64,000 nucleotides of DNA from Cyanobacteria bacterium P01_F01_bin.150 (GCA_039189765.1 JBCCYL010000004.1:17348-81347), one strand, 5' to 3'. Positions 1 to 9,128 are shown, counted from the first letter of the stretch. The notes: generated from the letters alone by a model not told the origin. Numbers and translations: made by a program.

Positions 1-888
1 GGGGAATTAATTGGGCTACTGCTCATAGTGGAAAACATTACGACCTACAAACAGGTTGAAGAAGAAATGAGCAAAGCATTAGCCCAGGAGAAAGAATTTA
101 ACGAACTCAAATCCCGTTTTGTGTCGATGGTGTCCCATGAGTTACGAACGCCCCTAACTATTATTCAAACATCTCTTGAGATGTTGGAACGTCGTTATCG
201 TAAAATCGCATCCCACTCTCCGCCTTCTGTAGAACCATCCGACTCAAATATCAAAAGCTATCCTGGGCATGCTTCTCAACAGTTAGTCAAATCAACTCAT
301 ATTGAATTTAATAATGGTCAACAAAAATACTTTCAAAGGATCAACAATGCTGTGTTTGCCATGACCCAGCTCCTTGAAGATGTGCTCTTACTGGGCAGGG
401 TGGAAGCTAAGAAGCTAGAGTTCAATCCCCAGTATCTTGATTGTGCACAATTGTGTTACATGATTGTAGAGGAAATGCAGGTCCAGCCCCTGGGATACCC
501 TCGAATTGTCTTTAAGGCTCAAGGAGATATTCGGCGACACTACGTTGATGCTGATTTATTAAAAATGATCCTAGGTAATTTATTGTCGAATGCCATCAAA
601 TATTCTGCGGATCATACCTTTATCTATGTTGATGTGGACTGTCGTTCTGACTCAATCGTGCTTCAAGTTGAGGATCGGGGCATTGGGATTCCTTCTGACA
701 CTCAACAGCAGCTATTTAAAGAATTTCACCGTGCAACCAATGTTGGCAGTGTTCCTGGGACAGGACTTGGGCTGTCTATCGTAAAGCAGTGCGTCGATTT
801 GCATCAGGGAAAAATTGTTGTTGAGAGTGCAGTGAATGTGGGATCTACATTTATCATCCATTTGCCATCCCATCCCCATGCTCAATAA
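1..888 (+). CDS. Sensor histidine kinase, C-terminal part (HisKA + HATPase_c), 5'-truncated by window edge
   Basis: H-box FVSMVSHELRTPL, N/G-box motifs GTGLGLSIV; reading frame open back to nt 1 (first listed codon is GTG). Confidence 0.85.
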   Translation, partial: GELIGLLLIVENITTYKQVEEEMSKALAQEKEFNELKSRFVSMVSHELRTPLTIIQTSLEMLERRYRKIASHSPPSVEPSDSNIKSYPGHASQQLVKSTHIEFNNGQQKYFQRINNAVFAMTQLLEDVLLLGRVEAKKLEFNPQYLDCAQLCYMIVEEMQVQPLGYPRIVFKAQGDIRRHYVDADLLKMILGNLLSNAIKYSADHTFIYVDVDCRSDSIVLQVEDRGIGIPSDTQQQLFKEFHRATNVGSVPGTGLGLSIVKQCVDLHQGKIVVESAVNVGSTFIIHLPSHPHAQ

Positions 889-892
889 TAAA

Positions 893-925
893 AAGGCTCG
901 CTTTCCTTTCAGAAAAACGAGCCTT
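893..925. terminator. Hairpin aaggctcg/cgagcctt between convergent HK(+) and porin(-) genes; likely bidirectional terminator
   Basis: 8-bp perfect stem seen in sequence, flanked by A/T runs. Confidence 0.5.
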
Positions 926-1001
926 CTAGTCATTAGTGTGTTTCAAATAGGGGAACCAAGCAATGTACAGTTTCCAGAGAAACTAGCCCTTAGGCTAAAT
1001 C

Positions 1002-2606
1002 CTAGAACTTAAACGTCGTTCTCAAAACGCCCACAAACGCATCATCATTGTCTGCATCTTGACCAGGAGCGGTGAGCCAAATCAAGCCAGGAGTAATAGA
1101 AATATGGTCAGTCATCTGATAACGATACATCGCTTCAATATGCAAAGGCACATCATTGGAAAATCCAGGGTCGCCTGGTACATTCAATCCGGTCAAATAA
1201 GGTGAAGCACCAACAATAATGGCCCCTAAGCTCCCCTCATCGAATAGATTCGGAAAGGCTAATGCCCCAGCGTAGGACCAAATGTCTGCTTCTCCCAAGC
1301 CAATTAGTTTGGCATCAGTAAACGTTCCCCAAGCTCGCACATCAAACCCATCGGAGATGCCAACCTTTGCCTCAACACCGTAACTGTTGCTTGAAACCGG
1401 AGTAGAATCAACTCCCAGGCTTGCTAAGTTCAAATTACCTAAGCTGGTTCCAGTCCCGCCGAAAGCAAAAGCAGACTGGCTCACATCGTAACCATGAACA
1501 TAGGTTAATCCCAAATCAATCCTGTCAGTGGGACTAACAACTAGCTGACCCATCGCAGAATAATTACCGTTAAATAGCCCTGAACCAGCCTCTGGATTTT
1601 GCGCTCCCTTGGCAATGTATCCAAGAGAGGCTTCAAACGAATCGCTGGGAGTGTAGGTAAAGCCAACACCTCGGCCACTTAGCCCTAGACGATAGATGGG
1701 GTTGCGCTCCGCAAAACGTGATAGCGCTCCGTTTGCTCCACCGCCAGCTTCCAGACCCGGGTTGAAGGTATTGGCATAGAAGTGGTGTCCACCCAAACTA
1801 GCCATAACCGTTGCTTCTAGGTCTTCAAAAACAGGGAAAACATAGTGCAATCGATCAAGCGTAAAATCGTTGCCCGTCTGGCCGTCATAAGCCAGACGAC
1901 CCTCATTGGTGCCAGTTTCATCCACAAAGGAATTGCCTACATTACCGGCTGTTAGACGGGTCAGCAACCGATCTTCACCAGTGAAACTAGTGACTAGCTG
2001 AAGGCGAATTCGATCTGTGAAGCTTACCTCAGAGTCCACATCATCACCGAAAGCGTTAGCAACGGTGAAAGCAACCTCTCCAACCAGCTTGGTGGTGGTG
2101 GAAAACTGGTTGGCTTCTACCTCAGCAACCCGCGCTTCCAGCGCATCTACCCGACCACGAAGGGTGGCGAGTTCAGCCGCAAACTCTTCCTGGAGGCGCT
2201 GAAGAACTGCTAAATCCTCACGACTTACCTTATCCGCTAGCCCAGCAGCAATTAGCTCATTGACCCGGTCCAAACAAGCATTCAAACCTGCGGCAAACTC
2301 ATAACGAGTCAGAGCACGGTTACCGCGATAGGTGCCGTTAGGATAACCTGCAATACAGCCGTAGCGTTCAACTAAGGATTGCAGGGCTTGAAATGCCCAG
2401 TCCGTTGGTTGTACGTCGGATAGCTGGGACACAGATGTTACCTGAGCCATCGCTTCCGTCTCTAAGTTAGTACCAGCTTGGTCTAAAGCATCAAAGCCTA
2501 CAAATTCTTGGGCGATCGCCTCTGAACCCAGAAACAGTGCTCCAGCCACTGCTGCGGGAGCCACTAACAAGCTCTTCAAAATAGTGTTGGACAACTCCAT
2601 CTTCAC
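1002..2606 (-). CDS. Outer-membrane porin, SLH domain + OprB-type beta-barrel (cyanobacterial carbohydrate-selective porin family)
   Basis: Signal peptide, SLH-like N-terminal segment (WAFQALQSLVERYGCIAGYP), coiled-coil, C-terminal Gly/aromatic-rich beta-strand region ending in F. Confidence 0.8.
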   Translation of the reverse strand: MKMELSNTILKSLLVAPAAVAGALFLGSEAIAQEFVGFDALDQAGTNLETEAMAQVTSVSQLSDVQPTDWAFQALQSLVERYGCIAGYPNGTYRGNRALTRYEFAAGLNACLDRVNELIAAGLADKVSREDLAVLQRLQEEFAAELATLRGRVDALEARVAEVEANQFSTTTKLVGEVAFTVANAFGDDVDSEVSFTDRIRLQLVTSFTGEDRLLTRLTAGNVGNSFVDETGTNEGRLAYDGQTGNDFTLDRLHYVFPVFEDLEATVMASLGGHHFYANTFNPGLEAGGGANGALSRFAERNPIYRLGLSGRGVGFTYTPSDSFEASLGYIAKGAQNPEAGSGLFNGNYSAMGQLVVSPTDRIDLGLTYVHGYDVSQSAFAFGGTGTSLGNLNLASLGVDSTPVSSNSYGVEAKVGISDGFDVRAWGTFTDAKLIGLGEADIWSYAGALAFPNLFDEGSLGAIIVGASPYLTGLNVPGDPGFSNDVPLHIEAMYRYQMTDHISITPGLIWLTAPGQDADNDDAFVGVLRTTFKF

Positions 2607-2967
2607 TCCTCAAAACTCCACACAAAGATATAGCGAAGCTGCTCGGAACCCCGCCATGGAAATTAAAGCCTAAGCTGGTTGGTCAAACACTTAAAGAGAG
2701 CCAAATCTAAAAGCTCAACCTATGTTGGCATCATCCAGCTCGCAAAATGCTTAATCTCTCATTATCTTTCGGTTAAGTTACAAGATAGCGGAGACAAAAA
2801 GTGTATTTTCCACTACAAAAAGAGTTTTCTCTGCCTATGCCTTGGGCAAAGATTCCGATTATGATAATGAGGCTGTGTACTGACCATACCCCAAACCTTT
2901 GAACGGGTCACAATAGGATTGGTATACAAGCGGATGTAATGGTGTTTGCGATCGCGTAAGGGATGTT

Positions 2968-3543
2968 ATGACTATCAACTCAGTGTTTGTGAAATTCGTT
3001 GCTGTATGTATGGCAATGTTGACTTGGTGCGTAGGGATGGTCGCTAGTTATGCCGCAGTTCCTGAAGATATAGATTACCTGTTGACAACAAAAGACTGCC
3101 CTATTTGCATTTTGGTTGATGCAGATTTAAAGGGTGCAGATCTAGCCGGTGCCAGCATCAGAATTTCAGATTTAAGCAGAGCAGACCTAACAAAGGCAAA
3201 CTTGGAGGACGCGGACTTGTTTTCTGCAAATATGATTGGCACTATTCTTAAAGATGCTAATTTAGCTGGGGCAAGCTTGGCAACTACCGATTTAACAGAC
3301 GCAGACCTCAGCTACACCGATCTAACAAAAGCTAACTTAGCGAATAGTCTATTACTAAATGCCAACTTGACTGGTGCAATTCTTGATGGCGTCTACTGGG
3401 CTGGGGCTAATTTAAGAGGAGCTGATTTAACCGATGCAGATCTAACAGGTGTAAACTTCAAAGGCATTGACTTAACTCAAGCAAAGCTCTGCAATACAAC
3501 CATGCCCTCTGGTGAAATCGCTAGTCGCAATTGCCCACGATAG
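2968..3543 (+). CDS. Pentapeptide-repeat protein with N-terminal signal/TM segment
   Basis: Tandem A(D/N)LxG-type pentapeptides (ADLKGADLAGASIRISDLSRADLTKANLEDADL...). Confidence 0.8.
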   Translation: MTINSVFVKFVAVCMAMLTWCVGMVASYAAVPEDIDYLLTTKDCPICILVDADLKGADLAGASIRISDLSRADLTKANLEDADLFSANMIGTILKDANLAGASLATTDLTDADLSYTDLTKANLANSLLLNANLTGAILDGVYWAGANLRGADLTDADLTGVNFKGIDLTQAKLCNTTMPSGEIASRNCPR

Positions 3544-3884
3544 TGCTAAATGTTTTATGGCATTTAGAAATTTCTGTAAAGTTATGGACAGCTAAGATTA
3601 CATCGTGTAGTATGAGAAAAGTCGAGGGTACAAACCTACGATGTTCTGGATTTTTACAGTTATGAATCAGTCGTTAGGCTTTTGTTCTGAAAGTCTTGCT
3701 ACAAGTTTTTCATAGCGTCTTGGGTAGCGGCACTTCCACAGGCTGTAATTTTGAAGATTTAAGTCATGTTTTTCGGAATTTGGCAGTTTTCAGCAGTATC
3801 TTGTTCTACAGTGTCTTTACTTGTAAAAGTTTTTCACTAAGTTAAAAGCAGCATTCTTCAAATCGTCGTTATTTATTAAGAGTA

Positions 3885-4355
3885 ATGTTTTCTCTATTTT
3901 CCTTGAACCCACTCAATGCAATCGGCTCTGCCATCCATATGGCAGATGTTCGTCGCTGGAGTCAAACTCCAGCAGCGATCGCATTGACGATGGGTTGGAC
4001 CGGAGATAGAGAAATTTGTGCATTTGGCTCTTTGCAATTCTATGGGTTGGGCCAAAGCATATTAGGTCAGAGTATGGCGTCTAGATTGTTCAGCCCAGTC
4101 GCCCAAGAGTGTCATAGATTTAGCCGGAACATTCAGGCAATTATTGATTCAAGCATCATCGCAAATGGATTCAATATTCAACCATCCATCGTTCAGAGTA
4201 GTGAACATCAGGACGAGGAAGAACTAGGCAACAAGAGCCTAGGTTTAGACTACGAATATCTGGGCAATCCAGAATTCAAATCGAATCCAAACGTGGATTC
4301 ATACTCCAGACAACTAATGAGCGGGAGGCATAGGTTTATGCCTGTACCAGGATAA
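3885..4355 (+). CDS. Hypothetical protein
   Basis: 156-aa ORF followed by strong rho-independent terminator; no recognisable motifs. Confidence 0.35.
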   Translation: MFSLFSLNPLNAIGSAIHMADVRRWSQTPAAIALTMGWTGDREICAFGSLQFYGLGQSILGQSMASRLFSPVAQECHRFSRNIQAIIDSSIIANGFNIQPSIVQSSEHQDEEELGNKSLGLDYEYLGNPEFKSNPNVDSYSRQLMSGRHRFMPVPG

Positions 4356-4382
4356 GGCAACATAACAGATTGCTCTGTTGCA

Positions 4383-4423
4383 CCCCCCGCTTCTGTCTTA
4401 AGGAGCGGGGGGTATTGTTTTAT
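4383..4423 (+). terminator. Rho-independent terminator (stem ccccccgc/gcgggggg followed by tattgttttat)
   Basis: GC-rich 8-bp stem plus T-rich tail directly after stop of 3885..4355. Confidence 0.6.
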
Positions 4424-4513
4424 AAATTGCTTTTGGAAGTCAGGTTTTAGTTGTCTTGTCGGGGCTATCCGACGATTATTTGACCGGCCGCAGAACTTTG
4501 GAGGAAATCCACC

Positions 4514-5077
4514 ATGCAATCATCCATATCGTCTCTCAAGCCATTATCATCCCAGCCAGTTCCTGCTATTTTGCAGAAAAAGGTCGTGGTTTTTTCCTGC
4601 ACCTATCTGCCCGTGGCACGAATCAACATTAAACGGGCGATCGCCCTGCTCCTGACTGGTCGAGCCGAATCCCTTGATATGGGCAACGGCAAAGGGTGGA
4701 ACGTACGGTCTCCAAATTTCGTCCTCCATGTGCCGGAATATATTCGTCTAACCACCAGCGATCCAAAACGGAAATGGAAGGTCCCCCCAGTGAACCGACG
4801 GGAAGTGTTAAGGCGAGATGCCCACACCTGCCAATACTGCGGCAGTAAGCGAAAGCTCACCCTTGACCACGTCCTTCCCCGATCTCGGGGTGGTACCCAT
4901 ACCTGGGATAACGTTGTCACTGCTTGTGAGCCGTGTAACTCGTTCAAAAGCGATCGCACCCCCAAGGAAGCGGGCATGGTGCTGAAGACAAAAGCGAAAG
5001 CTCCCATTCACCCAGCGATCGCCTTTGCTGAGGAATTCTGGAAACACCAAGACCAGAGTGCCTTATTTGAAACTTAA
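4514..5077 (+). CDS. HNH endonuclease family protein
   Basis: CQYCGSKRKLTLDHVLPRSRGG...WDNVVTACEPCNSFKSDR: HNH motif with Cys4 zinc site. Confidence 0.8.
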   Translation: MQSSISSLKPLSSQPVPAILQKKVVVFSCTYLPVARINIKRAIALLLTGRAESLDMGNGKGWNVRSPNFVLHVPEYIRLTTSDPKRKWKVPPVNRREVLRRDAHTCQYCGSKRKLTLDHVLPRSRGGTHTWDNVVTACEPCNSFKSDRTPKEAGMVLKTKAKAPIHPAIAFAEEFWKHQDQSALFET

Positions 5078-5147
5078 ATCCTGCCTAAGAGATGACCTTG
5101 TCGTCTCCTAGGCTCAGAACATTCCCCCATGAGGAGACTGCCAAACC

Positions 5148-5546
5148 ATGTTGAAGCTCAACTACACCGATCTCGGTTTGCACATGGAACATGTCACTGC
5201 GTCTGTAGACGTTATCGTTGCGCAGTATGTACTGGTTGCCATGCGGTTAGGGAAGTCTATGCACGTAGAGCAGAGTCGTGCCTCGTTTTTGATGCCCGCA
5301 GATTCGATCACTCTTACTCAACTACAGGATGTATTACAACACGGTTGTGATACACCATTTGAGGGAGAAGTGGCGATCGCCCCTGTGGACCATGCCTTTG
5401 TTGAAATCAGCATGAGCGGCACCTGGATGTCTGAAGCTTTGGATGGAGATGTCGGTATTTTCCTTACCTCTTTTGATCTTCATACAGAGTATCTTCTCCA
5501 CCAAATTTGGCAAGAGACTCAGCGTCAAACTAGTCTTTTAAGCTAG
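5148..5546 (+). CDS. Hypothetical protein
   Basis: 132-aa ORF ending just before a perfect 10-bp hairpin; no motif recognised. Confidence 0.3.
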   Translation: MLKLNYTDLGLHMEHVTASVDVIVAQYVLVAMRLGKSMHVEQSRASFLMPADSITLTQLQDVLQHGCDTPFEGEVAIAPVDHAFVEISMSGTWMSEALDGDVGIFLTSFDLHTEYLLHQIWQETQRQTSLLS

Positions 5547-5578
5547 ATAAATCATGAGATAGAGAGAAATATAGATTA

Positions 5579-5603
5579 GCTGGCAGAGCCTATCTCTGCC
5601 AGC
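5579..5603 (+). terminator. Perfect hairpin gctggcagag-cctat-ctctgccagc
   Basis: 10-bp perfect stem immediately downstream of ORF 5148..5546. Confidence 0.45.
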
Positions 5604-5833
5604 ACTATTGCTGTTGTTTTCAGATGGATGTACAGATAAAAATGTAATTCTTGTAGGGACACCTCTATATTTATCTAAGGCCAATTGTTTTTCTCTCTCT
5701 ACTGCTTATATATATTGAGCAGATTCAGGCTAATTTAGAGTGAAATAGAAATAGGGCAGTTGCCTAAACCCTTTTCAGCAAAGCATTTACGGTACTCTTC
5801 AAAAAAAAATCAAAAAAAATTGTAGTACCCCCT

Positions 5834-5863
5834 TGACAACCATGTAATACGATATGTATTATT
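5834..5863 (+). promoter_or_regulatory. Candidate sigma70-type promoter (TTGACA-N18-TATTAT) in AT-rich region upstream of the tRNA array
   Basis: cttgacaaccatgtaatacgatatgtattattaatg; flanked by a direct repeat tgtaatacga x2. Confidence 0.25.
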
Positions 5864-6330
5864 AATGTAATACGAAAGCGAGGCAAACAAAACAAGCGAC
5901 TAAACGCTAAATCGCCCAGCTCGTTCTTTGAAACGCTCGTTATTTAACACTCACTTGCTGAAAACTTACTGAAAGCATTTGAGTAAATCCCATAACCGCG
6001 TTCAACAGCATTGATGACTCAACTGAACCTTGAAAACTGAATATTTTCCATCCAATGTTTTGATTGTATTGATGAGAGCCCCTAACGAGTTGTGTTGGCT
6101 TCGCCAACTACAACTCCTTCAAAATCAGAGAAACACGAGGTGTCTCCGAGGAGAGGTGCATGAGTGGGGTGGGCGATCGCGAATTCCTGACGTTGGCGAT
6201 CGCGCCAGAACACTAGCTATCAACTAGTGTTGCTGCCTACCCATTACCTTTTCCAAGAAACACCCTGTGTTTCATTCATTCTTGGCGTAGTAGTCGGCAC
6301 AATCGAATACTACGTCGAGATTTCTTTCCT

Positions 6331-6408
6331 GGGGATGTAGCTCAGCCGGTTTAGAGCACCTGTCTGTCGAACAGGACGTCGCGGGTTCGAATCCCGTCAT
6401 CCTCGCCA
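6331..6408 (+). tRNA. tRNA-Asp (anticodon GTC), CCA encoded
   Basis: acceptor ggggatg/catcctc, G73, loop ctGTCga, T-loop ttcgaat. Confidence 0.75.
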
Positions 6409-6469
6409 TTTATGTCCCATAGAAACGTCTGAGATGATGGCATTGCCGTTATCTCAGGCGAATACTTAT

Positions 6470-6543
6470 AGTCTCGTGGACGAATAGATAAGTCGCTTTG
6501 GTTCTCAGCCAGAGAGAAGCGGGTGCAACTCCCGTCGGGACTT
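6470..6543 (+). tRNA. Degenerate tRNA-like gene (anticodon-loop CTC, Glu-type; non-canonical T-loop tgcaact)
   Basis: acceptor agtctcg/cgggact pairs, D-arm resembles the Gln(CUG) copies; T-loop lacks TTC. Confidence 0.3.
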
Positions 6544-6546
6544 TAA

Positions 6547-6621
6547 GTCCAGGTAGCCAAGTGGAAAGGCGTTGGTCTGCAAAACTAAAAATCATGGGTT
6601 CGATTCCCATCCTGGACTCCA
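6547..6621 (+). tRNA. tRNA-Cys (GCA), CCA encoded
   Basis: acceptor gtccagg/cctggac, U73, loop ctGCAaa. Confidence 0.7.
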
Positions 6622-6683
6622 AATTTTCAACTCTCAGATCCCAGGGTTCTCAAAGAACCCTGGGATCTCAAACCACAATCTGA

Positions 6684-6758
6684 CGGAGTGTAGCTCAACG
6701 GTAGAGCACTAGGCTCATAACCTAGCACGTGCGGGTTCGACTCCCGCCACTCCCACCA
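6684..6758 (+). tRNA. tRNA-Met (CAT) (elongator/initiator/Ile2 type undetermined), CCA encoded
   Basis: tagctcaacggtagagc D-arm, loop ctCATaa, T-arm gcgggttcgactcccgc. Confidence 0.7.
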
Positions 6759-6805
6759 ACTGTGATGACATACGAAGTCTGTACTCATATGTTTGCAGTT
6801 TGTTT

Positions 6806-6879
6806 GGGCGGGTAGCTCAACTGGCTAGAGCAGCGGTCTCCAAAACCGCAGGTTGCAGGTTCGACCCCTGTCCCGCTCG
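6806..6879 (+). tRNA. tRNA-Trp (CCA)
   Basis: acceptor gggcggg/cccgctc (G-U), G73, loop ctCCAaa. Confidence 0.7.
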
Positions 6880-6954
6880 TGAGACACAGCAAGTCTCTCC
6901 CTTAAGACAGTGGTGGATGTCCTCCACATCCACCGCTTTACTTCTCAAAACCTT

Positions 6955-7032
6955 GGTGCCGTAGGCAAATTTGGTAAAGCCACATGACTTTCAATCATGT
7001 GTTTGCGGGTTCGAGTCCCGTCGGCACTTCCA
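6955..7032 (+). tRNA. tRNA-Glu (TTC), CCA encoded
   Basis: acceptor ggtgccg/cggcact, anticodon arm catga-ctTTCaa-tcatg. Confidence 0.6.
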
Positions 7033-7076
7033 GTTTTTCACCCCCTCTAACTCCCCCTTGGCAAGGGGGAGGACCT

Positions 7077-7159
7077 GGGTCGGCCCGCCTATTGGAGTGA
7101 GGCAACGGTCTGTAAAGCCGCCGCGTAACGCGTTGCAGGTTCAACCCCTGCCCGACCCA
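7077..7159 (+). tRNA. tRNA-Tyr (GTA), class II with long variable arm
   Basis: acceptor gggtcgg/ccgaccc, A73, loop ctGTAaa, variable stem cgcg-taa-cgcg. Confidence 0.65.
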
Positions 7160-7249
7160 TAGCCCCGCGATCGCCACAGGATCCCCGGCTTTTCTCTCTC
7201 AATCCGGGGATCTACCGCTCAAGCGATATTTCGATTATTTCAACGACCT

Positions 7250-7340
7250 GGAGAGGTCGCCATTGGCAAAGCAAGCTGCCTGCTAAGCAGTCGTGGGTCT
7301 AAACGGTCCACTGTGGGTTCGACTCCCACCCTCTCCGCCA
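7250..7340 (+). tRNA. tRNA-Ser (GCT), class II, CCA encoded
   Basis: acceptor ggagagg/cctctcc, G73, loop ctGCTaa, long variable arm. Confidence 0.7.
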
Positions 7341-7385
7341 GAATCTTAGTTTTTTGGGGCGATCGCATAAGCAGTCCAATAGTCT

Positions 7386-7462
7386 GAGGGCGTGGTGTAA
7401 ATGGATAACACGCCAGGTTGCGAACCTGGAGAGTAGGGGTTCAAGTCCCTTCGTCCTCGCCA
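7386..7462 (+). tRNA. tRNA with anticodon GCG (Arg, unusual G34), CCA encoded
   Basis: acceptor gagggcg/cgtcctc, arm ccagg-ttGCGaa-cctgg. Confidence 0.5.
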
Positions 7463-7491
7463 AATACATAACATTTCTGTAAGTCATTCAT

Positions 7492-7576
7492 GGAGGTTGT
7501 CCGGCATGGACGAGGAAAGCGTCTTGAAAACGCCTGCGGCTACAAACCGTCAAGGGTTCGATTCCCTTAGCCTCCG
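7492..7576 (+). tRNA. tRNA-Ser (TGA), class II
   Basis: acceptor ggaggtt/agcctcc, G73, loop ctTGAaa, long variable arm. Confidence 0.6.
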
Positions 7577-7625
7577 CTTTTCCCATGTAGGGTGGGCATC
7601 GCCCACCACCACCATATCCAAATCT

Positions 7626-7697
7626 GGGGACGTAGCTGAGATGGATTAGCGTCAGGTTGAAGCCCTGAAGAGGTAGGTTCAATACCTACCGTTCCCA
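7626..7697 (+). tRNA. tRNA-Phe (GAA)
   Basis: acceptor ggggacg/cgttccc, A73, arm tcagg-ttGAAgc-cctga. Confidence 0.7.
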
Positions 7698-7759
7698 TCC
7701 TCTGTATTGGTTAAGCATTATTGCTTAAGAACAGAGGGTTAACCAATACGGAGCATTAA

Positions 7760-7835
7760 TGCCTCATAGCTCAACTGGCAGAGCGAGCGGCTGTTAACCG
7801 CGAGGTTGTAGGTTCGAGTCCTACTGGGGCAGCCA
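7760..7835 (+). tRNA. tRNA-Asn (GTT), CCA encoded
   Basis: acceptor tgcctca/tggggca, G73, loop ctGTTaa. Confidence 0.7.
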
Positions 7836-7927
7836 ATTTTACCCCCTCAATCCTAATCCGATTCCCTCCCCTTGCTTTTGGCATTAGCCTGCCCGGAGGG
7901 CATAGGGGAAGGCCAGGGTGGGGTCAT

Positions 7928-8003
7928 TGCCGAGTGGACGAATTAGCAAGTCGCCTGACTCTGAATCAGGAGGTTGTAGGTGCGAATCCTACCTCGGCAT
8001 CCA
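7928..8003 (+). tRNA. tRNA-Gln (CTG) copy 1, CCA encoded
   Basis: acceptor tgccgag/ctcggca, arm cctga-ctCTGaa-tcagg. Confidence 0.6.
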
Positions 8004-8016
8004 ACAATTAAGTTAA

Positions 8017-8089
8017 TCCCCTGTGGTGTAACTGGTAACACGTCCGATTTTGGCTCGGAAGAGTCTAGGTTCGAGACCTAGCGGGGGAG
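8017..8089 (+). tRNA. tRNA-Gln (TTG)
   Basis: acceptor tcccctg/cggggga, G73, arm tccga-ttTTGgc-tcgga. Confidence 0.55.
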
Positions 8090-8137
8090 TTGGGGAAATT
8101 TGATTATGCCTGGGTCAATCACGTTTCTCCTTTTCAT

Positions 8138-8215
8138 GCTCCTGTAGCCCAACTGGCAGAGGCGGCTGTCTTAGAAGCAGTCCATGTGTGGGTTCAAATC
8201 CCACCAGGAGTACCA
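8138..8215 (+). tRNA. Class-I Leu-like tRNA, anticodon TAG, A73, CCA encoded (paralog family member 1)
   Basis: acceptor gctcctg/caggagt, arm gctgt-ctTAGaa-gcagt, short variable arm, T-arm gtgggttcaaatcccac. Confidence 0.6.
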
Positions 8216-8268
8216 AATTTGCGTCCGGGTCCCTCCCTTTAGCAAGGAGAGGGCTAGGATGAGGTCAT

Positions 8269-8344
8269 TGCCGAGTGGACGAATTAGCAAGTCGCCTGAC
8301 TCTGAATCAGGAGGTTGTAGGTGCAAATCCTACCTCGGCATCCA
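8269..8344 (+). tRNA. tRNA-Gln (CTG) copy 2 (near-identical duplicate of 7928..8003), CCA encoded
   Basis: same sequence as copy 1 except T-loop tgcaaat; upstream gtcat flank also duplicated. Confidence 0.6.
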
Positions 8345-8404
8345 AACATTTCCTGAGGTTATCCGATCACTTTGCGCTCAGATCTCCTCCAAAAAAGATT
8401 TCAT

Positions 8405-8475
8405 TGCCTTCTGGTGTAATGGCAGCATCTTGCACTTTGAATGCGATGGTCCAGGTTCAAGTCCTGGGAGGGCAG
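8405..8475 (+). tRNA. tRNA-like gene with anticodon TTG (Gln-type), short D-arm
   Basis: acceptor tgccttc/gagggca, arm ttgca-ctTTGaa-tgcga, T-arm ccaggttcaagtcctgg. Confidence 0.45.
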
Positions 8476-8533
8476 TCGGGGGGAGCAGGATATAGCCTGG
8501 GTCAAATTTATCCTTAACCTCCTGTTTTTTCAT

Positions 8534-8611
8534 ACTCCTGTAGCCCAATTGGCAGAGGCGGCTGTCTCAGAAGCAGTCCACGTGTGGGTTCAAATCCCAC
8601 CAGGAGTACCA
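8534..8611 (+). tRNA. Class-I Leu-like tRNA, anticodon CAG, A73, CCA encoded (family member 2)
   Basis: acceptor actcctg/caggagt perfect; loop ctCAGaa; same backbone as 8138. Confidence 0.6.
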
Positions 8612-8620
8612 ATTTTTTAA

Positions 8621-8698
8621 GCTCCTGTAGCCCAACTGGTAGAGGCAACTGTCTTAAAAACAGTTCATGTGTGGGTTCGAATCCCATCAGGAGTACCA
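8621..8698 (+). tRNA. Class-I Leu-like tRNA, anticodon TAA, A73, CCA encoded (family member 3)
   Basis: anticodon stem actgt/acagt carries compensatory changes relative to gctgt/gcagt; loop ctTAAaa; no group I intron in loop. Confidence 0.6.
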
Positions 8699-8703
8699 TC
8701 TAT

Positions 8704-8778
<75 letters not shown>

Positions 8779-8782
8779 CTTT

Positions 8783-8860
8783 GCTCCTGTAGCCCAATTG
8801 GCAGAGGCGGCTGTCTCAAAAACAGTCTATGTGTGGGTTCAAATCCCACCAGGAGTACCA
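8783..8860 (+). tRNA. Class-I Leu-like tRNA, anticodon CAA, A73, CCA encoded (family member 4)
   Basis: same backbone; loop ctCAAaa. Confidence 0.6.
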
Positions 8861-8864
8861 GCAC

Positions 8865-8940
8865 ACTCCCGTGGCGGAACGGCAGACGCACCAGACCGAG
8901 GATCTGGGTTTTGTGGGTTCGAATCCCACCGGGAGTACCA
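8865..8940 (+). tRNA. Class-I Leu-like tRNA, anticodon GAG (C33), A73, CCA encoded (family member 5; different D-arm)
   Basis: acceptor actcccg/cgggagt, arm ccaga-ccGAGga-tctgg, T-arm gtgggttcgaatcccac; starts 4 nt after previous tRNA. Confidence 0.5.
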
Positions 8941-8942
8941 AT

Positions 8943-9018
8943 GGGTCGCTAGCTCAATTGGCAGAGCATCCGGCTTTTAACCGGAGGGTTCAGGGTTCGA
9001 TGCCCTGGCGACCCACCA
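8943..9018 (+). tRNA. tRNA-Lys (TTT), CCA encoded
   Basis: acceptor gggtcgc/gcgaccc, A73, arm tccgg-ctTTTaa-ccgga. Confidence 0.75.
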
Positions 9019-9036
9019 AATCGATTTTAGATTGAT

Positions 9037-9116
9037 GATTTTAGATTTTGGATTAGCACGTTCGTGCAACCTCCCAACGGGAATCACCCATCTTCCAAAA
9101 TCCAAAATCTAAAATC
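9037..9116. repeat. Long inverted repeat: 18-bp arms gattttagattttggatt / aatccaaaatctaaaatc around a 44-nt loop containing mini-hairpin gcacgttcgtgc
   Basis: Perfect reverse-complement arms seen in sequence, inside the tRNA array between tRNA-Lys genes. Confidence 0.7.
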
Positions 9117-9128
9117 CAAAATTCAATC

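Noticed and set aside
8621-8698. Group I intron in tRNA-Leu(UAA), common in cyanobacteria
   Set aside because: The anticodon loop cttaaaa is uninterrupted in the TAA member. No intron present.
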